A stretch of 64,000 nt of DNA from Kudoa neothunni. Taxonomy: Eukaryota; Animalia; Cnidaria. Numbering within the stretch: position 1 is the first letter of the stretch; each line of letters begins with the position of its first letter. The notes under the pieces are model-generated. The model searched no databases, was not told where the DNA came from, and saw only the letters and a program-made list of their open reading frames with translations. Position numbers and translations under genes: made by a program. The stretch lies in NCBI GenBank assembly GCA_964304625.1, contig OZ199839.1:5648311-5712310 (forward strand). The letters are read 5' to 3'. Shown one piece after another: positions 38,933 through 52,897 of this stretch.

Positions 38933-39254
38933 TCTATAAAATACAAACTTCGGAATTGTCCGAAGATTATGCGTTCCAATAAACGATGAATTTTATAAAA
39001 GTTATGGGGCTGTTTAAAGTTTAATTTATTAGGTGGAGTAGGATTCGTGTTCGAATAGAGATGGTTTAAATTTCAAAAGAATAGAACAATTTTTAGTGTT
39101 TTAAGTTTTCATCTAAATCAACCTTCGGGTGTCCGAAAGGATTAGAGCCGCCTAGGCCAGAGGTTACGTACGATAAATCTGTATATAGATGTTATATTGA
39201 AAATTCTTTTTGCTGAATTAGATATTCCTCAGCGTATCCGGGTATTACGGCTAG
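38933..39254 (+). mobile_element. 322-bp mini-Helitron (internal deletion derivative of the 45582-51706 family)
   Basis: A|TC start and CTAG|T end; first ~270 bp match the reverse complement of 51400-51706 and the last ~55 bp that of 45582-45640. Confidence 0.88.
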
Positions 39255-41262
39255 TTAATTATATTTGTGGTGTTTTCAGCGGGAAGCGTCTATTTTCATT
39301 TAAACGCGCATGCGGGTTAATTTAAGGATTAAATATTATTTACTTCTTTACTGTGTTATTGATCGTTATCAATAAATCAAAAAATTTCTATTTACTTTTA
39401 AATAATTAAAGACACATTATATTTTTAATATTTGATTTTATCTACATTTTATTCTATAATCCTTCGGTAATTTATAAAATTATAAAAATAGTTTTAATAT
39501 CCATCAATGCTATTAATGTTAATTGTCGAAGAAATATACAAACGGAAATATATAGCGCAAAATGAATAATAAAAAATTAAGTTTCTTTGGAAACAAATTT
39601 TGCTTATATTCAAAGATAATATAGTTTGTTTGAGACTTTACTAAGGTTATTAAATTATAATATGGTTTATAACGTCATTTTGAAATAAATGACGTTTACA
39701 ACGTTCGAAAAAACATCACCCGATTCCATTGATATGAATTATCGTCACATAAGATACATATGGTCTCATGGTAATAAAATTAAACATTGAAACAATATCA
39801 TTAGGCTAAATATTTAATTAGCTACTAGTTATGCCGCTTTTATTACAACTTTAAATGTTGAAAATTAGAGGTTTTTGAGGAGAATGTGAGAATACTCAAA
39901 AATCTAAATAAGATAAAAAATTATATTCAACTTATGTAGATTGATAATTATTTTATGAGTATTTAAATATAAAAAATATACTGTTTTTTCATGTGATTTG
40001 TTCAAAGTCACCTATAACGCTAGAAAATATTATTTAAACCTTAATTTCTGGCACAATGACGTTTGTAGTGAAAATACAATAAGGTTTCAATGCGGCGATG
40101 TAAATCGATATTAAAGATTTTCTATGTTATAATTAGGGAATGGAATATTAGATTTAAACCGTCGATTTTATCATGATGGTTCGACGTTTATTTTTTCTAA
40201 GTGTTTCGAAAAGGACACCTTATTAAGAATGGGCACTAAAAGATGTGATTTGGGGCGTTTTATTGAGGATTGGGTTGATTTAAAAATTATTTAAATGAAT
40301 TTGTTTACAAATGTCGCAAGTTAAAGTTATCTACAAAACAAAACCATGTGTAGAAATATGTCGTATTATTGAAGCACATATCTCCTAATTCCCTTCGTTA
40401 ATAAGAGATCATAAAATAAATATTTGCCTCGTTTCAGCTGATGTGCACGATGGATTATCATTTAAAATAATAGATAATCTCAAAAGACCTAGGAGTTTTA
40501 CCTAAAAATATTGTTCTTCATCATGTTAACTTTCTAATGTTAAATCTTCCGTTGATAAGCACTTAACTACATTATTTGCAAAAAAAAGGTTATAGTAATG
40601 CCAACTTTTTCGACAATATTTTTTAAACAAACCGTTATCTTCATTTGCAATTTAATTTTTTTGGATATCAGGTATGTTCTTTCGAGAGGAAAAATTTCTA
40701 TGGTATTATAATTATATTAAAATAATGAAATAAAAATATAATTTTGTCATATTATATGAAATTTTAATGTTTTTTGCGACATAGAGATGTTCACAAAAAA
40801 TATGTGTATAATCTCCTTTATGCTTAAAAGTGTCCAAAATTGCATGCCCTAGTTACAACAAAATTTCTGAAAAAATAGATGCGCGTGCGCGGAATGATAC
40901 AAATTGTGGGAAATTTTTTATGAATTTTTCATGTGAAATATAATTACATCATATATTTATCAAAAAAAGAAACATGTTGATAGAAAACTATTTTTTCTAT
41001 CTGCTTGGAAGTACGTAAAAATTTAAAAATTTCCCCCTAAAATTAATCTCAACGAGAATAAGAACAGCACATTTTTACGAAAACATCAATAAGGTTAAAA
41101 TATTATTGATAGATATCACTTAGGCGAGAATAAATTATTTTTGAAAAATAAAAATCTCCCTCTGAACAATATATTTTAAGGTAATATAGATAAATTAAAT
41201 TATTTAGTATGTTTTCATTTCTTTATTTTATTAACAAGATAAATATATTTTAGTTATTTTTT

Positions 41263-43064
41263 GACAGTGGCTATTGCTATTGACACGCTAACGTATAATA
41301 CCTTGCCGGGTCTGTCTACTGATACGACAATGAATCTCTCCAAAATTACTAATAATTCAAGTCTGTAATTTTAAATATTGTTTTAACATATTTTGATCTC
41401 CTAAAATATCTGTTTATGTTACAATATTTTTTGATTGGCTTATCCACTAATACTGGAAAAACTAAGGTTAGTTTCAAGAAAATTTGGAATCCAATTAAAT
41501 CACAATGGATCATATCATTCAGTAAAGCTCGACACTTTTACAATAATTTAACAAATAATCGACTAGAAGCTCTTAATTCAAAACTGAAGAGCATGATAAA
41601 AAAATTCTTTATACTTTTGAATTCAATCAGAATGGAAAAAATTTGCTATATAGTGGCCGAATTATCTAAGACATCCTATAGGAATATTGAAAAGGAGGTT
41701 GAAAAAAAGTATTGGGATCACTTAACTTCATTCTTCTGTAAACATGTAATTAATGAATTGAAAAAAATTAGATTGTGGATTAAATTATATTTCAACCATC
41801 AATTTTTTTACATATAAGTTTTATCAATCTTATGAATTACCTTGCCAACACATTCTGATACAAAGATCAAAATCATTGTTACCATTGTTTGACCCATGTA
41901 TATATATATATATATATATATATATCATCCCAGATGGAACAAAGAACATATATCAAATTTTGTTAAAACAAAAAATGACTAAACTTAAAACGTCATCACA
42001 AATGGTATCGTTATAAAAAAAAACATGATATTATAACCACTTTTTCCAAACGTACGAAGTTGGCTAATGTATATTCCAATAAATTATCCACGTTTTCTGC
42101 TGAATACTGCGGGGAATATTTCGATCACTGCATCAAATTTTTTAGTGTGTGAAAACATCGTTAAATTCATAATCACGCGGATTTAAAGAAACTGATAGGT
42201 AGAACGTTTCTATTTTTGAAAACTAAGATTCAATTTAGAGTTTGGCACACTCTTAAAGTCAGATATTGATGGGTATGATAGTGATGTTGACTTCATTGCA
42301 CCAACTTCCTCAGATAAACATAAATTTTAGTTATGAGAAATAAAAATAAATTTGTTTAATTAGAAGGTAGTCTTGTAATTCCGCCAATAAATGATACATC
42401 ACCACCTGAACTGCCCCTATCCCGGGCATAACTGATGTCGAAAACAGAGAATCAATAAACCCTCCAGAAATAAAACGTGTATAACTTTGTGTGGCAAGTA
42501 TTGCTACGTTTTTTGATCTTAAACTTCATTGTAAAGTTAAGGCTGTTGGGAGGCCTAAAAGTTATGGCTTGACAGCAATTAATAGACAACGAAAAGGAAA
42601 GGCCTTCACTAAATTAAATAGACATTCTAATTATTTTAAATACATTAAAGTCGATTGTTAACTTTTAAATTGATTACGAGTGTTTGTTTTTATTTACTGC
42701 TAACTTTGCAACGTCAGAATTCAAATTTGCCGATATCATGACTTAAAATTAATCCGCTCATTTCTAATGTTGTAAAGAAGATATTCTTTCTAGTTTTACT
42801 TTAAGATATATATTATAGCTCCATGTAATAATATATTCAAAAATAAATAATTTATATCTTATTTATTAGTTGATTTTTGTGAAAATGTTGTTATTAAAAC
42901 CCAAAATTAGATGAACAGCTTTTTTCAACAAATTCTATTATTTAATATAAAGCAATATATAAAATTACAGACTCAGACTATTAGTAATTTTGGAGATATT
43001 TATTGTTGTGTTAATAGAGAGTCCCGGAAAGGGATTGTACGCTAGTGTGTCAATAGCCACTTTC
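41263..43064 (+). mobile_element. MULE (Mutator-like) element with ~110-bp TIRs and a degenerate C-terminal transposase half
   Basis: TIRs GACAGTGGCTATTG..CTCCAAAATTACTAATA..GTCTGTAATTTT / mirror at 42961-43064; TNNRLEALNSKLK, SWIM-like ELPCQHIL and GRPK fragments; no clear TSD. Confidence 0.8.
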
Positions 43065-43454
43065 TGTGTATATAGATATAGATTATTATTTCTATTTATT
43101 TCATTTACTGCATATATATTATCATTAACTCTGAAGTTTTAATAAACCCTCACTTAAGTCGTAATAATCTCATCATTAGCTCCAATCTTAGAAATAATGA
43201 TAATGGGTAGGATGCGTAGCTACATTTTACATTCTAAAACTATATTATATGATGGTTTTAATATAAAAATTGAGTTATATATTACATGTATTGATAATAA
43301 TATTTTTACAAAAAATCATTTACTACCTAACTACATTGAGACTTCATCCTAATATCTATATTATATAAAATGCTCAGGATAACTCTAACTCAAGTTCCTA
43401 TAAAAAATTCACGTATTATGCAAAAAGGACTTTAATGCGAAAAAAATGAGAATT

Positions 43455-44882
43455 TTAAATTTCACTCAAATGTTCAGTTTTCACTTTTTTGCATTTAATA
43501 AGTTTAACAATAATGAGGATCAATACAAATACTCCACAAAGTCCGCAAACAACAATCATGACTATGACACCCTTGGACAGAGATTTTGATTGTGTTGTAT
43601 CATCAGTTTTGGATTTTGTTGTATCATCAGTTTTGGATTGTGTTGTTTCATCAGTTTTGGATTTTGTTGTTTCATCAGTTTTGGATTGTGTTGTATCATC
43701 AGTTTTGGATTTTGTTGTATCATCAGTTTTGGATTGTGTTGTATCATCAGTTTTGGATTTTGTTGTTTCATCAGTTTTGGATTTTGTTATATCATCAGTT
43801 TTGGATTGTTTTGTACCATCAGTGTTGGATTGTGTTGTATCATCAGTTTTGGATTGTTTTGTACCATCAGTGTTGGATTGTGTTGTATCATCAGTTTTGG
43901 ATTTTGTTGTTTCATCAGTTTTGGATTTTGTTATATCATCAGTTTTGGATTGTTTTGTACCATCAGTGTTGGATTGTGTTGTATCATCAGTTTTGGATTG
44001 TTTTGTACCATCAGTGTTGGATTGTGTTGTATCATCAGTTTTGGATTTTGTTGTTTCATCAGTTTTGGATTTTGTTATATCATCAGTTTTGGATTGTTTT
44101 GTACCATCAGTGTTGGATTGTGTTGTATCATCAGCTTTGGATTGTGCTGTATCATCAGTTTTGGATTTTGTTATATCATCAGTTTTGGATTGTGTTGTAC
44201 CATCAGTGTTGGATTGTGTTGTATCATCAGTTTTGGATTGTGTTGTATCATCAGTTTTGGATTGTGTTGTATCATCAGTTTTGGATTGTGTTGTATCATC
44301 AGTTTTGGATTGTGCTGTATCATCAGTTTTGGATTTTGTTATATCATCAGTTTTGGATTGTGTTGTACCATCAGTTTTGGATTGTTTTGTACCATCAGTT
44401 TTGGATTGTGTTGTATCATCAGTTTTGGATTTTGTCGGTTCATCAGGTTGGGATTTTGTTGTTTCATCAGTTTTGGATTGTTTTGTATCATCAGTTTTGG
44501 ATTGTGTTGTTTCATCAGGTTGGGATTTTGTTGGTTCATCAGGCTGGGATGTTGTTGTATCATCAGTTTTGGATTGTTTTGTACCATCAGTTTTGGATTG
44601 TTTTGTACCATCAGTTTTGGATTGTGTTGTATCATCAGTTTTGGATTTTGTCGGTTCATCAGGTTGGGATTTTGTTGTTTCATCAGTTTTGGATTGTTTT
44701 GTATCATCAGTTTTGGATTGTGTTGTTTCATCAGGTTGGGATTTTGTTGGTTCATCAAGCTGGGATGTTGTTGGTTCATCAGGCTGGGATGTTGTTGGTT
44801 CATCGGGTTTTGTAATTTCCTGAATTGGGTTTATCCCTGTGTTACTTTCTCGTTGAGGCAAATTATTCGAAGAATCAAGATA
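43455..44882 (-). CDS. Mucin-like Thr/Ser/Asp/Lys-rich type I membrane protein (last exon); 5' exons unresolved
   Basis: ~50 repeats of 8 aa (T/P-D-D/E/G-T/P/I-T/K-Q/K/T-S-K/Q/N), then TM GVIVMIVVCGLCGVFVLILIIV and basic tail KLIKCKK; in-frame acceptor at 44883. Confidence 0.8.
   Translation of the reverse strand, partial: YLDSSNNLPQRESNTGINPIQEITKPDEPTTSQPDEPTTSQLDEPTKSQPDETTQSKTDDTKQSKTDETTKSQPDEPTKSKTDDTTQSKTDGTKQSKTDGTKQSKTDDTTTSQPDEPTKSQPDETTQSKTDDTKQSKTDETTKSQPDEPTKSKTDDTTQSKTDGTKQSKTDGTTQSKTDDITKSKTDDTAQSKTDDTTQSKTDDTTQSKTDDTTQSKTDDTTQSNTDGTTQSKTDDITKSKTDDTAQSKADDTTQSNTDGTKQSKTDDITKSKTDETTKSKTDDTTQSNTDGTKQSKTDDTTQSNTDGTKQSKTDDITKSKTDETTKSKTDDTTQSNTDGTKQSKTDDTTQSNTDGTKQSKTDDITKSKTDETTKSKTDDTTQSKTDDTTKSKTDDTTQSKTDETTKSKTDETTQSKTDDTTKSKTDDTTQSKSLSKGVIVMIVVCGLCGVFVLILIIVKLIKCKKVKTEHLSEI
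43585..44812. repeat. 24-bp coding minisatellite with higher-order blocks
   Basis: Unit TTTTGGATTGTGTTGTATCATCAG and variants; blocks of several units repeated. Confidence 0.97.
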
Positions 44883-45581
44883 CTTAATTAGGTTTCCATC
44901 CTACTTATTTATTATTTACAGAATCTATCAGGATTATACTTCATTTTTTGCCAGCTGACAAGCCAAGAGAAGTATTACTACTGCCTGGATCATTTTGAAG
45001 TGATTTAACTATTAATCGCTTGTTGATGGAAAGGTCAAAATATTAAGTGGTCACCCTATTTAACGTAGAAAGGGCATTATAATAAAACTTCTGTTTTTGA
45101 AACCCTGATTTCGAAAACATAGTCCCTCCATTCGAGATAATTTTTTGAAATTAAAACTATGGATTCTATGTAATGGTAAACATCAAATTTTGTTAGGTTT
45201 TCCTTAGATCTCTATCTACGTGACAACTTATAAATAATATCATCCACTTTACACGTATATGTGTAAGTCTAAGAGCATTTACAATATCTCTCTAAAGATA
45301 ATCCTACAAAAAAAGTTTATATTTTAAATTATTAAAATTTATTACTTATTTTAATCAAGGTGAATCTAGTAATATAGGGCGGCTGGTGAGGATTACTTGC
45401 GTGATTTAGGAAGGAGGAATACGCTAAATATAGTTATTTATTTTAGACTGCTAATACTTGGAAGGATGCCGTGGGCTAATGATCCAACTTATTAATTTAT
45501 TATTTGTCGAAAAAGCTATATATACATTTAACAACAACTTTAGATTTATTACTTGTAAATTAAGTCTCCGATCATAGCATA

Positions 45582-48500
45582 CTAGCCATAATACCCGGTT
45601 ATGCTCGGAGTATTGGGAGTATCTAATTCAGAGGAAAAATTGAAACAAAAATGTTTTTTTAATATAATGCACGCTTCAATATGTTAACAGCATAAACATC
45701 TACCGAAAATTTACTGCGCAAATAAACAGTCATAAACGAAACAACAAAATTTTACATAATAATGTAGGTAGTTATTATATTTAAGAAGAAACAGATTAAA
45801 CCTAATATAAATAAATTAAAAAAACTATAATATAAACAAATGAACCTAATGTCGTTTAAATCCCATCGTCATTATTTGATACATCCGTGGTTTTAAGAAA
45901 CAAAGAAAAGCAAATAGAAATCGGCGTGTACGTGAGGCATTACAACGGAATACAACTATACTACAGCCAACGCATAAAGGGATATAGAATCCTACATTGA
46001 ATTCTCACTTGAAGTCTTTATAGGCTTGTTGAGCTGAATCATACCTATAACAATGTGATAGATTAAATTTTTAACATGAAATCCTATAAACGCTTACTTA
46101 AGAAATTTCGGCACACGCAAAAATTTAAAAAATGCAGACAAAAATCTTCAAAATACTTTCACAAGCATATTTAAAAATATAACAGCATAATAGAAAACCA
46201 CTATTCAAATTAACGCGTTTATTTTATCAGGATTAGTTGTTACTTTAAGATTTGGGGTCAAGTTGGTCACGAAATTGGATCGTAGTAGCTTTAAGACGAT
46301 GACGAACCGACATTTTATAAAATGTATTTCCTGGAAGATTAGCATATGCAAGCTTAGAATTGATCAGCAACATGTTTTCAGAACATGTAAGGATTTTTCA
46401 AACACCCAAAATATGTTTAACAGGAAAAATAGCTACGCCTACCATTTTAAGCCTGTTTCGGAAATCCACCCAACTTCTGATTCTATTACAATGATAGATA
46501 CTGACGGCATCTTTAAAAAGAAAATAGAGGTTGATATAACACTCCAAGTCACGATTAATGTTCCCCATAAAGTTAGATAGTAGCATGAAGTATTCGATAT
46601 TTTTTGTGAAATTAACACAACGCACTTCAAACAGTAAACGAAGCGCATCAATCGCACAACCTATTGCTACATCCAAAAATAAATGTCGAGGATAAAGATT
46701 GTTAGTAGTTTCCCACTCCAAAAATTGGCAAACAAAAATGTTTCATGTAAAGTTTCTACTCTTACCGCTGATGATGATAGAATAAGGTTCCACATAACAT
46801 TAGAGATATATTCCCAAAAATAAATCTGAGACATTGTTTCATATAAATAAATTTGAATGAAATTTATGTAAACACTGAATTTAAATAGGCGACTAAGATC
46901 CATAAAGATAAGAAAATGATAGCATAGTCAGTTACTGTAATACCTCCCTATAAACTATATTTTTGGTCAGACCATTTGGAGAAAAAGCGTATAAATTGTG
47001 TTTGGAGCCTACCCTGGAGAGGTCGACATACAGCTGCCTATGAGAAAAACATTGTTCCTCTAAATTTAAACCAGCAACTTGGAAGGTTTGTCCTTGGGCC
47101 TTATTTATGGGTAATTGCAGTCTTCTAAAATTAAAGGTGGCATCTGGAGAAATTCTCGGAATATATACATCTCCCCCTCTGGCACAACCTGTTACGATAA
47201 TGGTCTCAATAAGATGATGTTAAAGACTTTACCACTAATCGAGTGCCGTTACACAACTTTGGTAAATCCATATTTCGTAGAAATGTAATTGGAGTGCCTA
47301 CCTTTCGGAGAATCCTATGCGAAGGAATCCCCGATAGCTCTAGAGTCTAGACTGTTGAGGGATTCAACAGGGAAATTGACATTGATTTTTTTTCCACAAC
47401 GGTGTCATATGATTATACACTGTAGAGTCGCCTGGAATAAGATGGATCAATCTATCATTGATTTTTTACGGCTTGGTTTGTAGGAGTTAGGATAGTTTGT
47501 TCTAACAACCAATTTGAGTTTGAAAAGTTTGTTTTTATTTCTAGACAAACACGGTCTATCAATTCATCCATGGACGAAATCAAGTTTGCCATGGAACATA
47601 GAGGAATACATCCATGGGGCTTAATGGTAAATTGATTTTCACCTATCCGTAGTATTTCTGAAGCGAATTGATTGGCTCCTTCATCGTTGCTGAGCTACAC
47701 TCTCGTATTGGTGGTGAGATGGCGGATTTTAACGTTCGCCCATAAGGAGGAGAACTTCATGGAATATCTTATTTGGTCATATCTTGTACCTCTGGGTATT
47801 ACGGGTAGAGTTTGATGAAGATCGCCAGGCAAAATCATTGCGATTCGGCCGAATGGTATGTTTATGTCTGTTAAATCCCTTATCATTCTATCTAAAGCTT
47901 CGAAAACCATTCTGTTGGTCATTGTGCATTCATCCCATATGATGGAGGTGCATCTGGTCAACAATTGGGACAAATCTTCCCCTTGCTGATTGCACATACG
48001 TCGGTTCCATCACCCTTAATCGCGAATGGCAACTTAAATGTATTATGGGCGGTCCTACCCACTGGTAATAATGTGGCTGCAATGCCGGGAGATTCAACAG
48101 CGAGTACAATTTTAGAATCTCTTCTTAATTCTGCCAATAAAGATGTCACAAATGTCTTATCTGTACCACCTGGTGCATCAAAAAAAAACGTTACAATTAC
48201 GTATATTGTTATAAATGCTTCCCAACACTGTTTCAAATACAAATCTTTGGTCAGGCGTTAGTTTCAGCTTGTTTATTTCTACAAATTTGGATAATTCTTC
48301 AGTGTTTTAGGCTAATTCTCTCTGGATTTCGTTTGGAAGAGGGGCGCCAAATGTTTTGTCTGAAGGGGGAAATCCATTGGAATTTAACATTCCTCCACCT
48401 ATTTGAATTAAAGTGTTGTCTGTGTCAATTAGGGGAATGTTAAAAATGTCAGAATTGAAAACCACGTTTAACATAAAACTGGCTCGTTGCAGTTGATACC

Positions 48501-51341
48501 GGTAATCTTCCGACGTCTCTTCCCTAAAAGTAACCACAGCTTACGAAGCTAGCGCATTTCTCAATTTCTGATCAATAGTGCGATTAATCCTCGCAGTTGA
48601 CGTGGACTGTTTGTAAGAGCAGCTTCCCTTAATGTACATTCCCAGTAGTTGTCTTCCTCCACCAAACCACCTTTAATGCACACTTCAAGGTATATGGGGT
48701 ATACCTGACCGTCAACCTTCCTAAGATCGTCAAAAGATTTAGGTCCTTATACACAATGGTGCAACATCCTCAAATAAAAATATTCTTGATGTGCAGGATG
48801 AACACTATAAACTCTTCCTATTGTAGAGTCGAATCTTATGCATGGATGGCCTTCAACTGGGCATCCTCTTTTTCTCCTAAGCTAACTATTATCATTCCAT
48901 ACGTAATAAGATGAGACTTGATGGTAGAGGAGACTATGAGCGAATTCGTTATTCTAGCATAACTTGAAAAAGCGGTTAATCTCGTGGCCCTTGGATCTTG
49001 TAATCGATTCAACCAAGTTTCGTTGGTGAAATAAATACGTTGATCGTTCACAAAATGGACGCTTAAATGCTCTATTATTGGAAAATGACTATGAATATTG
49101 AAGCCGAAGAATCTCCAAAATCCTTCGCTACTGCTTATATAAAGACCAACCTGGTAATTTAAACTCTATCCAAACGATCTCTTTGATTAACAGCAAATAT
49201 GGCAGCATCAGAACCTTTGTTTACATACTTGCATACGAATGTAATGGACTTGACTAAATGGTAATAGTCTACATTAATATAAGCATCGGAAATCTCAGTC
49301 AACAAAGGGCAATAATGGGTTTACACCTGGGTCTGGTAATTCGCTCGATATGAATTCGTCGATATCATTGGAACGCAGTTTCTATTTCATCCACACCAAT
49401 ATATGAGCGTGTGGCAGCCCCCATTTCTGCCACTCAATAATATACATATAACACTGAATTTCACCAAAAATCTTCAATTTATGAATTAAATTCATCAAAA
49501 CTTTTAACTTCAAGTTGAATACTCTGGACACTATGTCTAGTCTGTCTTTAGGTGCTTGAACAGGAAATAACTCTTCATTAATTTCGCTCCCAAATGGGTT
49601 ACATGTGAATGTTAAAAATAGGTCCGACCCTCCAAAACATCGAACGTATGTAGTGACATCCTGTATCTTCACATTCATATAGCGTGGTGAACCTACAAAA
49701 GTCGACGGAAAAATATACAACCGTCCCCGCCCATTTATTTCACCACCACTACGAATGCTATCAATTAAATTGATGTAAGATTCAGCACGAAGTTCATCTT
49801 GTTTGACTGATGAAACAAAGCCTCTGATTCCATCTTCGCAAATATATCTACAGCATATTGTTGAAATAATGTTCCAAACTGATAAAGCATGTTAAAACTA
49901 TTTTCCCTTACCATAAAATGAAAAAAATAAATATCCTTATATAAAACACTATTGTTTGTGTCGATGCGTGGAATATGAAAATGGTAACCATCTTGACCAT
50001 AGACATTAATTAGTGGATATTACAATGCATCATACGATCTGTGTGATCCGCTTATTTTTTGAAGTCTGTGGTCCTTACTGCTCAAAGCAATATTCCTCCT
50101 ACAATGCTATTCATTCGGCATTACGATGGCCATCTCATTGCATATTAGAGCGTTGTATCTTCTCTCATGTTCTCCCTGTGGACGCTCGTCGGCGTTTATA
50201 ATTATATTTAAATCAGAGGGCGGTTACATTTCTATAGCATATTTAAAATTGGGGATACATGTTGGATCGATTGTGAGATTGCAAATAAATGTCTTCTATG
50301 AAATATATTTGCAAGAATTTCGGTTGCTCATTTTTAGAAGGTAACAGAGATCCAATTCTATGACAAATTTGACCGTGAACCTTAAAAGTAGGCATGAATC
50401 CACCACTACTGATTACGTTCTCTCCAAATAATGTCATCTGGAAAGTGCAGTTGAATTTTCGGATATTTTGTAGGAAATGTCTTGAAATTTCGGATTCTTT
50501 GTAGAAAATGAAGAGGATCATGTAGCGTGTCCAAAATAACCTTACCGCCAGCACAACACATATCGCAAATTCGTTTATCCACTTCTTAGCAAGGCATTTT
50601 GGAAAAAATTTTCGATATTTCCCCATTTGTAATCTTTTCATTTCCGTAGTTGTAGCGGGGGTCTTAATACAAAGCGACCATATTTCAAGTATCATCATAC
50701 ATATTTCGCTTTTTGTGACCTAATAAAACAGGAGTGTAGTAAGGTTCAGGTACAAATTTACCGTTAGATCATCTGTTGTGCTCATTTGTAGGTGACACTG
50801 CAGGATTCTGTTGAGTTGCCTCACGTACGCGTCGATTTGAGATATACATTGATTACGATTCTAAATCATACTCCCGCCATAATTTTGTTTCCACAACTCC
50901 CCTCTCTTGTATTTTCCTACTTCGTCGTAACGTTGAACGATTCGATGAATTGTGCATATTATATCGTCTATCTATATGAATAGTCTATTAGAAAGAGCGG
51001 TTGGGTGTGGGATGCCTTGGTGTGTATAATCAAAAATAAGAATAGCTCTGTATACAATTAGTGACGCGATCGAATGATAATGTTTACTTTCCTACAAACT
51101 TATTCACAAACAAATGTTTTGAGGGAGAAGAGAAGTTTCGAATGCTTAATATTAGAGTAGCTGATCTCAAATATCTATATTAATGTGATTGGGGGCGGAT
51201 GTTTTAGACGAAATAATTAAGTGATAATTCAATTAATCGATTGACAACAAAATTATTGGATCATGAGATGAAAACGTTTTACAAACTTTCAATGTACTTT
51301 TTTTCATATAATAATAATAATAATAAATAATAATAATAATA

Positions 51342-51374
<33 letters not shown>

Positions 51375-51706
51375 TTAAAAGTGTTTTTTTATTGTGTAAA
51401 TTCGTTTTCAATATAACATCTATATACAGATTTATCGTCCCTAACCTACGCCCCAAGTGGCTCTAACCCTCTCGGTCACCTGAAGGATGATTTAGATGAA
51501 AACTTAAAACACTAAACGATACAACTAAAAGTTTTTCCACTCTTTTTATATTTTAGCCATCTCTATTCGAACACAAATCCAAATATTCCTAACAGATTAG
51601 ACTTTAAACAGTCCCATAACTTTTTTGAAATTCACTGTTTCTTGGTACATACAATCTTGGGACAATTCCGAAGTTTGTATTATTTATATATATATATATA
51701 AATAGA
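45582..51706 (-). mobile_element. Degenerate autonomous Helitron (Rep/PIF1 helicase)
   Basis: A|TC 5' end at 51706; 3' hairpin then CTAG|T at 45582. Rep motifs FVGSPRYM, DLFLTFTCNP, EWQKWGLPHAH, CKYVNKG; helicase motifs FDAPGGTDKTF, GRTAHNTFKLP, IIWDECTM, GDLHQTLPV, INKAQGQT, GQLYV. Many stops and frameshifts. Confidence 0.95.
51309..51373. repeat. (AAT)n microsatellite within the Helitron
   Basis: Directly visible. Confidence 0.9.
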
Positions 51707-52254
51707 TAATGATTTTGTTGCAAAAATATAATGAGGTTAGTAAAAATAGGTAGAAAATTTGGTCTAGATTTAGAATTAGAGTTTAATATAATTTTCTTCA
51801 TCGGAATAAATTATTTATATTTGTTCCTATTCGGTAGTTTTTAATTCTCAAAGTAAAAACAGCACAGAATAGTCTTAAATCCAATAATAAATATTCGCAA
51901 TAATTTAAAACAACATCTCCTTCGTCTTAGCTTCATTTCTAGGTATTGGAAGCTCCAGTATTTTATACTAAAAAATTTTGATGATCGACAACAAATACGG
52001 TTTCAATTTAATTATAATCCTCTCGGATCCGAAGTTTAATCAGCTCAAAATTTAAGCACGAATTTTTACGCATTTAACGTAACAATAAGATCGTTTATAT
52101 AATTTTTTCATAAACTTCACATTTTTCTAAATGCGCCTAAATATTTAAAATAAATGTTGTAGCTTTATATAAGAAAATAAATTTTTCTGGACATGTGTAC
52201 TTGTGCCCCCCACACACACATCTTTGAGCCTCTTCGAAATAAAAACTTTATATA

Positions 52255-52897
52255 CAGTCGAACCTGGATTATCCAGAATTCGAATATCCGGAAGAAATTT
52301 TAAATTTTATTTGTATTTTATTGACATTACGTGTCGATAAATGTTCGATTATCCCGAATCCGGAGGAACTATTTAATCACATTTCCGGGTAAAAGGAACA
52401 CCCATCACCGTACGACATATACAATGTAACATATATACCAATGCAACATTTTAAACAAAAATATTCCTAGATTATTTATCAATAAATTTTTCTTATAAAA
52501 CTTATGTCAAACATCCAATTCTTACATAAATTTGTATTATATCTGAACGTACACCTTTATGTATATTAAACGTACATTAATGACGAATTATTTAAAAAAC
52601 CGGCTTACTCCTCTGTAGACGTGTATAAACTGCCATAATTGTGTACTATTTTTCCTTTAAGTCTCCATATTCTTAATTAATAGATATATCAATGTTTTTA
52701 ATTTAAACGGTAGAAATTAAAATATTTTATTTAATAAATAGTAAAAAATTGCTTATTAATCAAGCGAACAATCCTTTAAGTGGAAATTTTAAAAAAGCGC
52801 GCGTTCAAGATATTATTTATGTTCGATTAACCTGAATCTCGCTAATCGGAAAGAAAATCGCCGGTCCTAAATTTTCCGGATAATCGAGGTTTGACTG
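52255..52897. mobile_element. pogo/Tigger-like MITE
   Basis: TA TSDs; TIR CAGTCGAACCTGGATTATCCAGAA / TTCCGGATAATCGAGGTTTGACTG; no ORF. Confidence 0.88.

Noticed and set aside
43585-44812. CRISPR-like periodicity
   Set aside because: Contiguous tandem units without unique spacers; eukaryotic context; no cas genes.
43489-44891. Three 400+-aa plus-strand ORFs and M/Q/N-rich minus-strand alternates
   Set aside because: Shadow frames of a stop-free 24-bp repeat; only the T/S/D/K frame has unique flanks with a TM segment.
47289-50983. Host PIF1 helicase gene
   Set aside because: Intronless, fused to HUH Rep motifs, bounded by Helitron ends and full of stops.
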